A stretch of DNA of 63,734 nt, filler included, from Welwitschia mirabilis (GCA_051453625.1; 5 parts of one record of this genome joined end to end with filler, not necessarily neighbours in it); one strand, 5' to 3'; positions 1-14,122 are shown, numbered from the whole stretch's first letter. Numbers and translations: made by a program. Notes: generated by a model not told the origin, from the letters alone.

Positions 1-2223
1 ATCTCATCATTCCCTATCGAGTGTCAATGATACAATGAGCTATAGCATAAAACGCCCTTCCTAGAAGTAGTGGATACCCTCCATCATCCTCTATTTCAAT
101 TATAACAATATCAATAGGATAAAAATCTTCCTCATTCCTAACAGTTTCTTAATTGAGGTGTTAGCTAACTCTAGAATAATAGGTGTAGGTTCAACTCTGC
201 TTTCTAATCCAAGTCTTTTGCATATATGAAAAGGCATAATGTTAACACTTGCACCTATGTTAATTAAAGTATGTTAATTAAAGCCTTTTTAATTCTTTTA
301 TTTCCCTTTAAAGTAACACTAACAGTTGTAGCCCTAGGATCTTTGAATTTAGGACATTTTTTCATTACTAAGTTGGAAAGAGATTGGGTAAAAAATACTT
401 TACTTAGAATGACATATTTTTGTTTTCTTCTCACTAAGTTCTTCCACAACTTAGAATATTTAGGATATTCTTCCAAGAGTTTTTAAAAGAAAAGATTAAT
501 GTTAACTTCTTGCATCAAAGCTTTTAGGTGTTCATCAAATGTAGTATTTGTGTTTAATCTATCAAGCCAAGGAGTTAATGGTTTCTTTTCCTTATCCTCT
601 TTTAAATTATGTTTGGTAGAGGTTTTAGTAGATGATGTAGAATAAAGGTTATAAGAATCTAGTATTTCTACATCATCTTTTCCAAATGCTTCATTTTATT
701 TAGAAGTTGGAACCTCATGAGTAGGAGATATTATATCTTTCTCACTTCTTGTTAACTTCATTCAAGTTGGACATTGGTTGGAAAGGAAGAGACCCTTGTG
801 ATCTTTGGTTAGTAAGCATTGTTTCTTAAAGAACATTCCCTAGGTTCTCAATGTTACTATTGGTCTTCTCTTACATCCTTCTCATTTCCTTAATGGATTC
901 TCTAAGGGGATCATTTAGATTTTATTGAGAATGTGGTTGAAAACTAGAATTTTTAAATCTATTCTTAAATGGTTTCCATTGGGGTTGCCCACTTAGTTTT
1001 TGNNNNNNNNNNNNNNNNNNNNNNNNNNNNNNNNNNNNNNNNNNNNNNNNNNNNNNNNNNNNNNNNNNNNNNNNNNNNNNNNNNNNNNNNNNNNNNNNNN
1101 NNNNNNNNNNNNNNNNNNNNNNNNNNNNNNNNNNNNNNNNNNNNNNNNNNNNNNNNNNNNNNNNNNNNNNNNNNNNNNNNNNNNNNNNNNNNNNNNNNNN
1201 NNNNNNNNNNNNNNNNNNNNNNNNNNNNNNNNNNNNNNNNNNNNNNNNNNNNNNNNNNNNNNNNNNNNNNNNNNNNNNNNNNNNNNNNNNNNNNNNNNNN
1301 NNNNNNNNNNNNNNNNNNNNNNNNNNNNNNNNNNNNNNNNNNNNNNNNNNNNNNNNNNNNNNNNNNNNNNNNNNNNNNNNNNNNNNNNNNNNNNNNNNNN
1401 NNNNNNNNNNNNNNNNGTCCACTATAAAAATAATCTACTAGTTCTTCCTTACGAAATTCATCAATAGGATTGGAATGACTAGCAATTATAAAAGGTTCAT
1501 AAGTAGTTGTATAATATTTATGAGGTTGTTATTGGAAGTTGGTTACTTCTTTTCTTCTCTTTCTTATAGTACTTTCACTTAAAAATAGTTTAATGAAAAC
1601 TTCTTGCACTTGACTCCATGACTTAAGGCTTTTATATGGGATGGTTTTTAGCTAAATTTTTGCCCTACCTCTAAGGGTAACTAGAAAAATAATCATGTAT
1701 ATATGATCCCTAATACATTTTTTTCCATTTTCTGATGTAAGCACAAGTTGTCCTATGTCAGCTAGATGTTGAAAAGGATCTTCTTCTGGTTCCCCCAAAA
1801 AGGTTGAGTATGCACTTAAATTTCTTAACTCTATATCGTCTCTAGGGGGTAAATGGAAAGGATTTTGAATTTTACGTTTTTTATTAGCAATTAAATCCCT
1901 AAGCATAATGTTCACATTCGAAGAAGAAGTTCCTAGTACAATTGAAGCATTAAAAGAATCTACTTGCTTTTGCTTTTACGATGCTTTCAATATGACATTT
2001 TCAAAGAAACAACACAATTGCCTTCTATACTATACTTTTCGTTTGTAAAATTGGACTCTAAAATAATAAAAGCAAAAAAATATTCTTCTTCAATTTTGGA
2101 AATTTGTGTATCTAGGGTATGTGTACCTAAATTTAATTCAAAGTCAATTAATCCTTTCTTAATATTTTCTTTGATCAGGTTCCATTCTCTCTGATATTTT
2201 TTCTTCTTACCAGTATTAGCCAT
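1..2223 (-). pseudogene. Degenerate gag-aspartic protease ORF
   Basis: ORF fragments 1987-2223, 1652-1915 and 264-476; many stops and frameshifts; N gap at 1003-1416. Confidence 0.85.
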
Positions 2224-2666
2224 ATCCTTGCATGCTCAAATAACTAACACAATAGAGAAATCAAAAACAATAGACCATCATCTATCTGGTCATGGGGACG
2301 ATAGGTAGGACAATGATCACAGTAAAAAAAAAAAAAAATTAAAATTTACAAAAAATCAAAAAAATAGTAGACTATTATTCAGATGTGCCATGGGGATGAC
2401 AGAAAGGACAACAGTAGATTTACTCTATGGAAAAGAAAATGCTAAAATGCATAAAAATAGCAAACTGTCATCCTCTCAGGTCATGGGGACAACCAATAGG
2501 ATGACAGGAAAAATAAATAGAAAATGTACAAATTAAAGTTGCAGAAATAAAACTATTTTAACCTAAACTAGAAAAAATACCGCATTAATTTAAAATAGAT
2601 AACCTTAATAGAAAGATTCAAGGTACTTATCTAATTAGTAACAATCCTCTTAGCTCCTTGTGGCCT

Positions 2667-2684
2667 TCCCTGATAATGGTGCCA
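2667..2684 (-). promoter_or_regulatory. Primer-binding site, tRNA-Asp type
   Basis: Minus strand reads TGGCACCATTATCAGGGA, 3 nt after LTR end ...GCAACA; decayed form of the Athila PBS TGGCGCCGTTGCCGGGGA. Confidence 0.85.
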
Positions 2685-2687
2685 AAA

Positions 2688-4022
2688 TGTTGCAGTGCGA
2701 ATTTATGTAATTAAAATCCCTTAAATAAACCTATAAACCATGTAATTGTAGAAAATGCACTCTAGTATAGATGAGAGTCCACTCAAATGTCATAATCTAA
2801 TGAAGGCACTAGGCTTAGAGTTAGAGAATTGATTTTTGCTAATGTATTTTACTTCTCTTTTCTCTTTATCAAAACTGAATTAAAATAATACAAGTAAATG
2901 TAATTCTTAAAAATGAAATGCAAATTCAAATGGAAATGGAAGTAGAAATAGGAATAGAAATGTATCTTACTCAGATCCTAGTCTTCCTATCACAAAGACT
3001 ACTTATCTGTAACTTATATCAAAGAAGAAAAGTGTTGACTAGTTTTTAATCAATATAAACTATGAGATCTACCCAAATAAGACTTAAAATACAATATGAA
3101 ACAAAGAGAAATAATGCAAATCTATTCTTACTAAATGAGGGCAATCTTTCAACCTTAACAAAGGTTGTCCTTAAGATCTAAATAAATCTAAGATTGTCAC
3201 AACTAAGATCAACTTAAATCATAAGGGAGATGCATAATAACGAGAAGAAAGAATAAATTGTATTAATGAAGTATAACAACATCCACTTACAAGATTAGAA
3301 CAACAACACCTCANNNNNNNNNACACAGCCTAATACCAAGGAGACTCCTTTCTACAGCATGGGATGGATCTCTTGCCCTTCAAGCTTCTGTCACAAGTAT
3401 GGAGTACAAAAATGGAAAATGGAATTTAAGGGAAAGAAGAGTATTTATAGATTTTCAATTGAGAAAATTAGAGGCCAAATCTTAAAGGCAGGAAAGAACC
3501 CTAATAACCCACATGGCTCATTTGGCACTCTTTACAAGTAAAAATAGTTGTCATCCTCTATGTTATCTACATGACATAGGGGATGATGTCGCCTTAGCAG
3601 ATTAGGTTGTGTGTCATGCAGCTTAGGTTATGTGCCATGTGCTATCGTTAGTCCTGTGATCATTGTCTACATGAACATGTGGATGATGCCCTCTCGATAT
3701 GTACACCAAGTACTGCTATCGGCATTATAGGCTTCTATCCATGTCAGCAATCTAGTCATCCTAGATGTTGTGGGGATGACATAGGGGACAATGATCTTAT
3801 TTTCCTATTTTCTCTAAAGTCAATCAATCTTTGCATCATCTAGTACTTCTTCCAATTTTGCAATATTAGAATAAGCTCGAGAAACTACTAAAAATGCTAG
3901 ATATCACATGTTGTACTAATTATCCCATTAATTACTCATAGTCATCAGTATTGCATCAAAACCTTTATGAATGTCCTACAAAAGTACTCAAAATACACCT
4001 CCCACAAATTGGTATCATAACA
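2688..4022 (-). repeat. 5' LTR, ~1.33 kb
   Basis: TG...CA termini (minus: TGTTATGATACCAATTTG...CACTGCAACA); homologous to LTR 14161-15433; minus-strand TATA-like CTATAAATA at ~3441-3450. Confidence 0.88.
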
Positions 4023-4226
4023 TTAATTCTCTACTTGGTAGGTTTTCATGTCAGAGTCCTTTTCTAGCCTGATTTGTTTTAGATCTCTCAATATAGACTT
4101 CTTGAATTTGAAAGAAGTCTTCACAACTAGTACAATAGGTGTTCTTTTCTTTGACAAGTTCTTCCATTCACTAAATCTTTTACATTTTTTTATTACTAGT
4201 TTAATTCTTTCATATTTTCTTTAAAT

Positions 4227-5900
4227 ATGGTAAGACAAAAGCCTTCTGATGCCTTTAAAGAAAAAGAACCTACCATAGAAACTCATAGATCATAGTCTAA
4301 ACTTAGTTTTATCATGAGTTAGCTATAAAATGTTTAAAACTTGGATCAAAAACTCCATTATTGCATACTAAAATATTGGATTTTAAAAGTAAAGAAAAGA
4401 TTAGATTCTTACTTATTTTTCACATATTTGTTGAAAGATGATAGTCTAATTAGACTAAGGCATTCTAGACCCTATAGTTAAGGAAACTTATGCTAATATA
4501 CATGAGATAGATGATAGCACTAGGACTTTTCAAATATAAGTATGAAGTACTTCTCTATTTCTTGCACTTAATTTTATAAATTCTATGCTTGGTATAGATG
4601 ATTCAGAGCTTTTATAATTGTATGTGTATTCTTTCAAAGCTATGTTCACTTTTTACTCTATTAGCATTTCATGTTATTCATTAAGTAATGTACTTTTTGG
4701 GCATTTCAAAATGAATTTTTATGATAATGTATAACATAAAAATATGGTACAAAATGCCTCTATTTTAAGTTTAATTACCTTCTACAATATACTTGTTTAG
4801 GATGGTAGCTATAGCTATTGCAATCTAATGCAGACTTTGGTGGTTTATTGCCTTCTTACGAGGCTAAAGATTGATCTCAACTTCATTTTATGTATGAATA
4901 TTATTACTCTTTTCCATAAGGGTCAAACCTTGGATCACCCTTATTTAATTAGCATCATTATCAATAATGCCAGATCTCATTATTATAGCTTAATCTCATT
5001 CATCCTAAAAATCCACTTTTAGAGTTTAGTGAGAAATGGCAAGCACCAGTACTAGTTCATAAAGGCATAAGTAGGAGATCTTCTAAGGTACATTTTTAGT
5101 GCTTTTATTCTATAGCTTTTCATAGTTCATCATTAATAAAGAAGGGTCTAAAGGCTATTGCTAAGATGGTAGGTAGGATTAGATGCAGTCTATTGAGGTT
5201 AAAGAAGCACTATTCTATAACAAGTGAAGGAGAGGCTCCTATAGGAATCTAGAAATTTATGGGAACTTCCACTTGATTTGATTCTAAAGAAGAATTAAAG
5301 GTATAGATACCTATTTCTATAAGATATAACTTAGGTCATATAGCAGATTTTAATTCATCAAGATCTATAGCAAAGAAGGCACAGATATAAGAGGAGCACT
5401 AGGGTCTAGCATAGGTATAGGAAGAGTACTAGGCCCTAGCATAAATATAAGAAAACCAACAATTAGAGTCTAAGAGCTCTGATGACCAGCTTCTCATCTT
5501 TCATAGACCTTGCCACAAATTATTCATTTTTCATCCTACTTAGCCTTAATCTTTACCTCATCCACCATCTTCATCTCATCCTCCATTTCATCACCACCTC
5601 TTATGATATCTCATTTAGGATCCACCTCTTAGCATTCTTTACCTCTCAGCACTGTTCTACTCTAGCATAAGGTTTTTCTTAAGATAGCTACTGTCAGCTT
5701 CTTTAACACTTTCATTACCCCTCAGACATATTTACATGTTAGGAGACAAGACTATTGAGGTCATAATAAGTTATCTTAGTGTTTATCTAGGAAGAAGCAT
5801 ACATCCCCATTCACTTATTCTTCTTCATACATCATCTAAACCTCCATCATCAAGGATAATAATGATGATAGCAATGATGCAAGAGATGGTACTTAGTTTA
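4227..5900 (+). pseudogene. Degenerate env-like/extra ORF of the SIRE-like element
   Basis: Starts MVRQKPSDAFKEKEP; PIVKETYANI (~4470-4500) resembles the LVxEFYAN motif; IDLNFILCMNI...LDHPYLISII resembles INLP.LI...LPYG.LLT; lies just upstream of the PPTs. Confidence 0.55.
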
Positions 5901-6346
5901 CCAATGACTTAGCTATTAGTGATTAATTTTTTTCTGTTGTCTAAAAAGGAAAGAAGATGGGAAAATCATATTAGACATCTTGTATGAGTCTAGAGGATAT
6001 GATCTTAAGATAGATGTACTAAAATTCTTGTGAGTGACATCATTGTTGATGATCACTGGCTATTGATGGCATACGTTTCATGATTTATTATTATCTATTA
6101 TCACTTTTTACTTGTACGAAAATTACTTAATGCTTATGTATTTAATAATGTATACCCCTTCTTGTTTACTATTTTGCATGATTATATGTGTGATTAAAAA
6201 ATGTTTTCAAAAGTATTGGAACTTATATCATGTCTTATGTAATAAATTACATTCTCTCTTATATTAAACTATTTTAATTTAGTTAATAAAACATGATAAC
6301 ACTATTGAGATTTACCAAGTTTTAGACATCATGAAAAGGAAGAGAT

Positions 6347-7736
6347 TATTGATAAAATTTTAATTTTAATTATTCTACTTATCAAATGTAATGTATTTAT
6401 TATGTAGATAGATCAAACTAGAGAATACCAAATAGAAAAAAGGATTAATCCATGTCACTACCTCAAGTTTGTATTACATAAAAGATTTAACTCCAATTTT
6501 ATAAATGTTAAATACAAGTAACTAAAGATATCTACACATGTGAAGAAATCTATGGAAAATATTTCTACTATATTAAATATGTATATGCTAAATTAGACTT
6601 TGTCATAAGAAAAGATGTCTACAATGATAAAGATGTCTCTACTAGATTAAGAATCTGAGATAAGTAAAGTACATATATTACATTAAAGACATCTATACTA
6701 CTTTAACTATTGTAAGACATCTATAAAGTTAAGAATTTCTATACTAAACTAGAAGAGATAATAAAGATAAATTATATTTTAATTAATTATCTACATTGCA
6801 AGGAATCAAGAAAGTTTTACATCTGGGATTCATCATCATTAAGAGTCATAGATATAGTAGTTTAAGATTAATTAATATCTAGGTAGTTTGATCAAAGACA
6901 TCTTCTAGGATGAAGATGTCTTCCTGATAAGAGATGTCTAATATTTTAAAGACATCTATTCCAAAAATTTATAAAAAGTAAAATAGTCATTAAATAACTA
7001 AAACTTAGCCGTTTCTATCCATTACACAGTAGCTAAATTTTTCAAATAGCTATCTCTCTAGGGTAATAATAAGAAAGACATCAAATTATAAAGATCACAA
7101 AATGAGTAATTTGTACTACATAAAAAAATTTTAGATATCTTTCAAAAAGGACTATTTAGTAAAAATATTGCTTGACTATTGATTCCTATAATAGCTTCAT
7201 TACTCTAATCTAAGATATCATGGGTGAGAACAAGAAGGAGAAGCTTAAGCACTTCATCAAAGAAACATCTTTTTAAGATTTTTATTTCTTTTATTATCAT
7301 TATTTATTGGAATTCAAATTATGAGAACTATTATATTTTTTAATACACATATCATATTCCATTGTTTACTTTTATTCTTAGGAACCTCTTGCTAGGATTT
7401 CCAAATTATAAGGTAACCTTTATATGGGTGTGCTACTGTAAGTGCTTGTGAGTACATTTCTATCTTAGTTTATCATAGATTCCTAAGGGAATAAAATGCT
7501 ACATTACAATAAGTATCTTAGTTGTATGTAAAGTTGGTAGTGCTCTAAAACCACTATTTTGTAGGTTAAGAATATCTAAATGTATGAGAGGAACTATCCT
7601 CTATATGTCGACAGATCTAAGTTGGGAAACCAAATTAATTTGATAATGTTTTTATTGTGTAGAGTTTAACTTTTTTCAACATAATTTATTTTTGATAGAC
7701 CTCATTCACCCTTCTCTCTTAATTTAATGATCCTCA
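6347..7736 (+). repeat. 3' LTR of the SIRE-like element, ~1.39 kb
   Basis: Begins TATTG (decayed TGTTG) after the PPT and ends GATCCTCA; rich in AGACATCT/AGATGTCT motifs; homologous to the split LTR 12497-13079 plus 17319-18376. Confidence 0.78.
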
Positions 7737-8034
7737 ACTAAGTTTATACTCAGTGCCGTTCTTTCCATAGGAATAACTATGGTAGATTTTTGGAATTTTA
7801 CACTAACTCTTTCTTAAATGTAAGTTACAATAAAAAGAGAGGAAAAAGAGGAGAGTTTAAAATTTGGTTGAAACTTCATAAGAAAAGAGGAAAGAAAGCA
7901 AGAGTCAACTATTTACTTGATTTATCTTTTAGGAATTTTCACTTGGCCAAGTGCTATACTATCCTAAAACAAACTCTAGACTATCAAGTACAAAGGTTTG
8001 GATCATGATGACATAATATCATACACCATGTGAG

Positions 8035-9050
8035 TGTTGATAAACTTTAAACTCATTGATCCTTTAAAGCCTAATAATAAAAATGGAAAGTATAATATTA
8101 AAGTACACAAGATCCATGAAATTACTAAGAGTTAGACCAATTAACTATTTAAACTTACTTTATTTATTAAATAAAACTTAATAGTATGTTGTTACTTAAG
8201 AATTCCTAGTAAAAAATTAATTAAAACTAATAATTAAGAGAAAACAACTCTTTAGTATTGAATAATATATAGGCATATTACATCAAAGATAAAGAAAACT
8301 AAAATAACTCCTCAAGCTATCCTCAAAAGTATGCTCACTCCTCAAAGAAGTGCTTAGAAGTCCATCATGACTTAATACTCTAAGGTTCTATTCTTTTCCA
8401 AAATATAGTATATTACATTGAAGGACTTAAGACCCTTTTATAGATAAGGATGGGAGTGGATTATGATTATAAGCCTTTAGCTTAAATCATTAGGTGATTA
8501 GTTATATAATGATGGCATAAGGTAGGATGTTTTGTCATCTATTCATAAAGCAGAGATTCTTATGATATGACCAACACTTAGCTCCTGAACACTATTATTG
8601 CTAACAACCATTGTCATCACCATGTGTCTTCATCGTCATCCTACTCAATAATGCAATATGTCCTATTGTATATCATCATCATCACCGTCATGTATTGATA
8701 AGAATGCTAGTTATATCTAATGTGGAATTTAATCAAGTCCATAATTACATTTAATCCATTTTTACATGATAACTCAGGAATGTGAGAATGGAAGTGTTTT
8801 ATGTAAAATAGCTAATGGCACTAAGTAACCTAAAGGGCAATGCTAGCATTTTAGCTTAAACACTCATGATCTTTTTCAAAGTCCCTTAGAATGTAATAAT
8901 TAACTTGAAAATGTTATGGAAAAATGATAAGTCCATAATTAATATATAAAATTAAAATAAGACATGTCTTTATAATAAAATTGATTATATTAATATCTTT
9001 CATTAAGATAAGTTAGTCATTTAACTTGATTGTAATGTCAATTTTTAACA
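8035..9050 (-). repeat. Possible LTR remnant of another family; boundaries uncertain
   Basis: Starts TGTTGA; CCCTTTTTATAG (minus-strand TATA context) at ~8433; layout resembles the minus-strand LTRs nearby; no TSD found. Confidence 0.3.
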
Positions 9051-9586
9051 AAACCTGCTAAGAATAAATGTGATCACTAATTAAATTTAAGAGAATACCT
9101 AAAATTGACCTTTTTAGCATTTCCATCACATTAATCAAATTTAGATTCCTTTGTAAAATTTATCTTGTTCACATTAAGATTTTTTTAACAAAAAAAAAAT
9201 CCTTTTGTTTTTTATTTCATGTGCATAGGATTTTGATTAATTGGAGGGGTTTCTTAGCTTTTTCACACTTGAATTATGGAAAGATATCCTTGTGTTATGA
9301 CTTCACCTCTTCATTGACTCTTATGTCTTGCATTATAACTTGGATAGATCACTTAAAACTGTGGATATTACTTTGAACTGTGAATGAGATTAAAATCCCT
9401 TTTCTTATGACAATATCATTGTTTTCATTTTCTTTACTTATTTTTTTAAGGATTTTGATAAGATCTCTTTATGTAAAGAATGGATCACTTTCATTAGTAG
9501 ATGTAAGTAAGATCCCTCTAGAATTTGACTTTATCTTAAAACTTGTCAAATCTATTTTATCTCTTTTTAGAATTAATTATGGATTT

Positions 9587-12496
9587 AACATCAAAAGGTA
9601 GACTCTAATTCTTTTTAGATAGATTCATGCTAGCATTGACTACAAGAATCATGATTAACCTTAGGATTCCTTTACATGATGATAAGCGTTGGAAGGAATG
9701 AAATAAATACTTCATCTTTATAATGTGAATTTATGGATTTGATAGAGACTTTTTGTATAACATACATGTTCCTCTTTCAAATGAGGATGAATAAAATGCA
9801 TGGGAATCCATTAGCAGTAAGCTTATAGAGATCATGCAAAAATTAGTAGGCACTCTACATTTTAGTTAATAGAAGTAACTCAAGTTATACCAACTATTAT
9901 ATCTTGCAAAATATATTTTATGTGAATAATGATCTAGAGTTGATTAACCTTATTAAAAGTATCAATAGCCTTTATTATAAGAAAGGAAAAATGGATCAAC
10001 TCATAGATTAAATGATGAATATCAAAGAAAAAAGTTGCTAAGGTAGATCTAAAGAATTAAGTAAGCATTTATTATGCTAACTTGATTCATTACTGTTTAG
10101 AAAATTCATTTGTTCATTACTATATTCTATCTCTTCATGAAAGTAAATAGCTATACAACATGAAATTTGACACACTTAGTAAGAATCATATTAATATAGA
10201 AGCATAATTTAACTTTATAGGCTTTTCATCCCCTGATGTAACATTTAAATTTTCTTATTCTTATGGTCCTCTTAACAAAAAAGATAGTCTTAAATAAATC
10301 TCATTAGCCTATGGATAATTATAATGATAAAGAAAAGGCTCCACATAAACAACAATCTACTACATCATCTCCTTATAACAAGATTCAACAAAATAAGAAG
10401 TCAGATTAAAAAAATACTGCTCTTAATAAAAACAAATATTAATGCTCATAGTGTGAAATACAAGATCATACTACAAGCTCCTATAGAATTTCTTGGATAA
10501 ATATTAAGTTATCCCTATGGCAATTGAGGAATCTAGTTAATTTAAAGATGCTAATCTTTTAAATCCAATGCTAGTTTTAAAAACTTTAATTTTATTAGTA
10601 TGAATAAGTAGATAGCTCAAGATAAGACATATATTCTGGACACAATTATAACCCATCACATGAATTATAGGCATGATTATTTTTAATACCTTTGTCGAAC
10701 CACCAATTCATATATATTTTGTATATAAAACATAAGTTTTTGTGAAACAATATGGTTCAGTAACCATTGAATTAACATCACTCTCTCCATAAAGCCTCTC
10801 ATATGTTCTATATGTGCTTTCCTTGAGGTTGCGTCTTCTTTATATTTTAAATTTGCTAAGAAAAGATTACTTAATCTCCATGATAAAGCACTTACTAAAC
10901 CTTTATAATGGAAATAATAAGTTAGTTATGAAAGTATACATGGATGAAATGCTTTTTCATCTTCAAGGATGTGTCAAAACGTGTGAAATAGCTTACACAA
11001 TTTTTTAGGATAATATTTCTCCATCGTAGTTGTGGTATGTTTGATTAATACATCCCATGGTGTGAACTTTAAATGTTGTGTGTAAGAATGGTGTTTGTCT
11101 TCTTCTAGTCATTTTATAAAATTTTTCTCAATGTAAAGCATGTATTATAAATAAATAGATAATGGTTTATATCAAGTAAGTAATACACAGATTATAAGCT
11201 TCTACTTATACATAGTGATTTATATGATTTAATGCTCATTCCCACATTTCAAGAATTTAAGTACTTCATCTTAGTTATTGATAGTTATACTCGGATGGCT
11301 TGGATGTATTTTATTAAGGTCAAATCTCAAGCTTTGGATATTTTTCAAAAGTCTAAAACTAAGGTGGAAAACTAAGTCAATTGTAAGATTAAAGGATTCC
11401 ACTTAAATAATGGTGATGAATAAACATCTAACAAGTTCAAGTATTTTCTTGATTTTAAATGGATTCATCACTTAAAGACTAGCCTCATAACATCACAATG
11501 AAATGGAATTTCAAAGAAACTTAATTACATCATCATGGATATGGTGCATTTTATGATGTATTTTAGTGGCTATAAAACCTATCTTTGGGGTGAGGTAATG
11601 AACATGGCAGTGCGTCTTAACAACCATATTAATTGTTATGAAAAAAAGAAATTAGTACGAACTAAAAAGTGGTATAGATTCAAGCCAAATTTATACCATC
11701 TTTGTGTATTTAGTTACAATTATTATGCCTACCTCTCAAGCAAACGTCAGGATAAATTTGAAGTACATTCTTCCATTGGCATTTTGGTGGGATACTTAAC
11801 TAATCAAAAGGATTATCAAGGATATATCCCAAAGAATTATAAGAACATTATTTCTCCTGACATCATTTATTTAGAGACTTTGAATAATAATTCTCAGTTT
11901 GATCTCTCAAAGCTTCATTCTTCCTCAAACCTACTAACCATATTAGATGCTCAATATCTCACAGTGAAGAGGGAAAATATAATAGCTAATAATGCTTTAA
12001 TTCTTACTATTGATACATTCATCTTGCAACCTATAAGAATTGAGCATTTTGTGCTTCTAGCACATTTGATCATGGTTCCAGTAAAAATTCAATGGATCTT
12101 TAAATGAAGAAGAACTTAATACTACCTAAAGATAACATTTAAGTACTTATTTATACTCTATTCTCTAATATGTTCACAATGATGAAATGGGTAAAAATAG
12201 AATTAGACAAGGCTTGCATACATCTCATGATGATAATGAGCTCCACTTGATATTCGATGGTGAACCACCCTCATTTAAGGATGTCATTCAACATGATAAA
12301 TGGATAAAAATAATGCAAGAAGAATATGATAACCATATTAAAAATGAAACCTAGGAGTTAGTAGACCTTCCACTAGGATGCATAACATTACCTAATATAT
12401 GGTTTTTCTGTAATAAATATAATGCAAATAATACCCTATATGATATGAATCTTGAATTGTTTCTATAGATATACATCAAAAGAAAGGACTTGATTA
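9587..12496 (+). mobile_element. Degenerate Ty1/Copia gag-PR-integrase-RT start, interrupted by the SIRE-like insertion
   Basis: Zn knuckle remnant CS*CEIQDH (~10443); protease YILDTIITHHM (~10631, equivalent to WILDSGATHHM); integrase VIDSYTRMAWMYF and LWGEVMNMAVRLNN...KPNLYHLCVFS (ORF 11535-12107); RT EPPSFKD...WIKIMQEEY, ending at HQKKGLD. Confidence 0.85.
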
Positions 12497-13079
12497 TATT
12501 AGAAAATCTATTTTTGATGATTTTAATTAGCAAATATTTTCTATCATTGTATAGATAGGCTAATACAAAGAACATTAAACCTTGATAAGCATTAGACAAA
12601 GATGGATCTTAAAAGATAACATCTTAAAAAAAGGATCAGTTGACAAAATATAAATTTAATTATTTAAAGAAATCTAGGAAATTAAATATTTATTAAATAG
12701 GAATATCTAGGAAGTTGAATACATCTCGTATGTACTGAAATTCAAGTCATAAGCTAAAAGATAACTACCTTATTCAAGATGACTGAGCTGAATATTAAAC
12801 TGACACAGATGAATATGTTTACATATTTGAAGATATCTATAGTAAGCTAAAACAAGTAATAGAGTTAATTCATTTTTTAACTAATATCTTACATTTTAAA
12901 TGAGCTATGAACTTATGGAGGTCTAAGAAAACTATAGAGAAAATTTCATTAAAATCTAGGTATGTTAACTAAAAATATCTATAAGATAAGATTTTTGACT
13001 ATTAGTAGATGTTTACAAAAGTCAAGACATCTTAGATTGAAGTTCACATCAATAAAAACTAAAGTTACATATCCTACAT
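12497..13079 (+). repeat. 5' LTR of the SIRE-like element, left part
   Basis: Same AGATATCT/AGACATCT motif content as 6347-6960; ends at TSD TACAT. Confidence 0.7.
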
Positions 13080-14022
13080 TATTGTGGTATGAATTTATGC
13101 AATGTTTTAAGCCTTGATTTAAATCCTATTAATTACAAATAAGATGCACAAATATAGCATGCTAGTATAGTCGGAGTGATCCGAATGTCGTAATTCCATC
13201 AAAGTCCAATAGTATGGGAATATAAGAGTTAATTTCAAGAAAGAAATGTGTAATTATAATCTACTGAAATAAATTTCAATGTGGAAATAAAAGATGCTGA
13301 TGCAAACTAATTTAAAAAAGTAAACAATGATGCACCTAAACTAATTAAGCTCAACCTTGACAAAGGTTGTCTTCATAATATATATAATAGAAGAAACCTG
13401 TCACAAATCTTAAACAACATAAACTATGAGGGATAAGTTCCTGTAATTATTAATAAAAAGAATAATTCATATTAAAAACATAAAAGACATTTGTATCATA
13501 AATTAGTTATTCCTCAATGGAGGATATGCCGTCTAACACCAAGGTAATGTCTCTTTGGATTACAAGATGGTTCTTCGGTCCCAAGATCTCCTGTCACGAG
13601 AATGTTAGGTACTATCAAAGATGATTAGGGATCAAGGGGGAGAGCTTTATTTATAGGCAAAAAGGAAAAAGGGACTAACAGAAAAGTATAATAGAAACTC
13701 TAGCTATCATGAAAGGAAAAGTTGCAATTAACAAGCGACAAGCCGGGAATATAATCTTTAAAGGTATAAGAGGGCAGTTTCGTCTAGCTGGTCATCTGGA
13801 TGATGGAGGGAACGACAGGGATTTACAATGAGTTATCTTGGTTTGCTTTCAGTTTAACTATCTGTGATCTTCATGCAAACTGTTGTCAACTGATATTAGA
13901 GGTGTCGTCCACTGGTGTCATCTGGACGATGAGGTGGACAATGAAATCCGATGAAAGGATCTTAACTTCAACTACAAGCTATCCGGAATTAAGTCTGTCA
14001 TATGTGCAATTAGGATTATTGT
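13080..14022 (-). repeat. 3' LTR (partial, ends at gap)
   Basis: 13080-13660 aligns closely with 16102-16680. Confidence 0.88.
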
Positions 14023-14122
14023 NNNNNNNNNNNNNNNNNNNNNNNNNNNNNNNNNNNNNNNNNNNNNNNNNNNNNNNNNNNNNNNNNNNNNNNNNNNNNN
14101 NNNNNNNNNNNNNNNNNNNNNN

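Larger units (their letters stand above)
1..4022 (-). mobile_element. Athila-like Ty3/Gypsy LTR retrotransposon, 5' portion (5' LTR, PBS, gag, protease); continues off the left edge
   Basis: Minus-strand order LTR (4022-2688), PBS, 5' UTR, gag (GEPEEDPFQHL, FLVTLRGRAKI), protease (KFKDPRATTVSVTL...INIGASVNIMP, equivalent to the DLGASVNIMP active site). Confidence 0.9.
4023..7736 (+). mobile_element. Sirevirus (SIRE)-like Ty1/Copia element, 3' portion (extra ORF, multiple PPT, 3' LTR)
   Basis: Purine tracts at ~5943-5956 and 6334-6346 (AAAAGGAAGAGAT, decayed AAAAAGGGGGAGAT) followed by TATTG; the LTR 3' end matches the LTR end at 18376, which precedes a Met PBS and SIRE-type gag. Confidence 0.75.

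Noticed and set aside
922-1467. Long ORFs made of X residues (also 25532-26047 and 49788-50189)
   Set aside because: Artefacts of translating N gaps.
2667-2684. tRNA-complementary sequences (also 16081 and 18379) as tRNA genes
   Set aside because: Only 12-18 nt long and adjacent to LTR ends; these are primer-binding sites.
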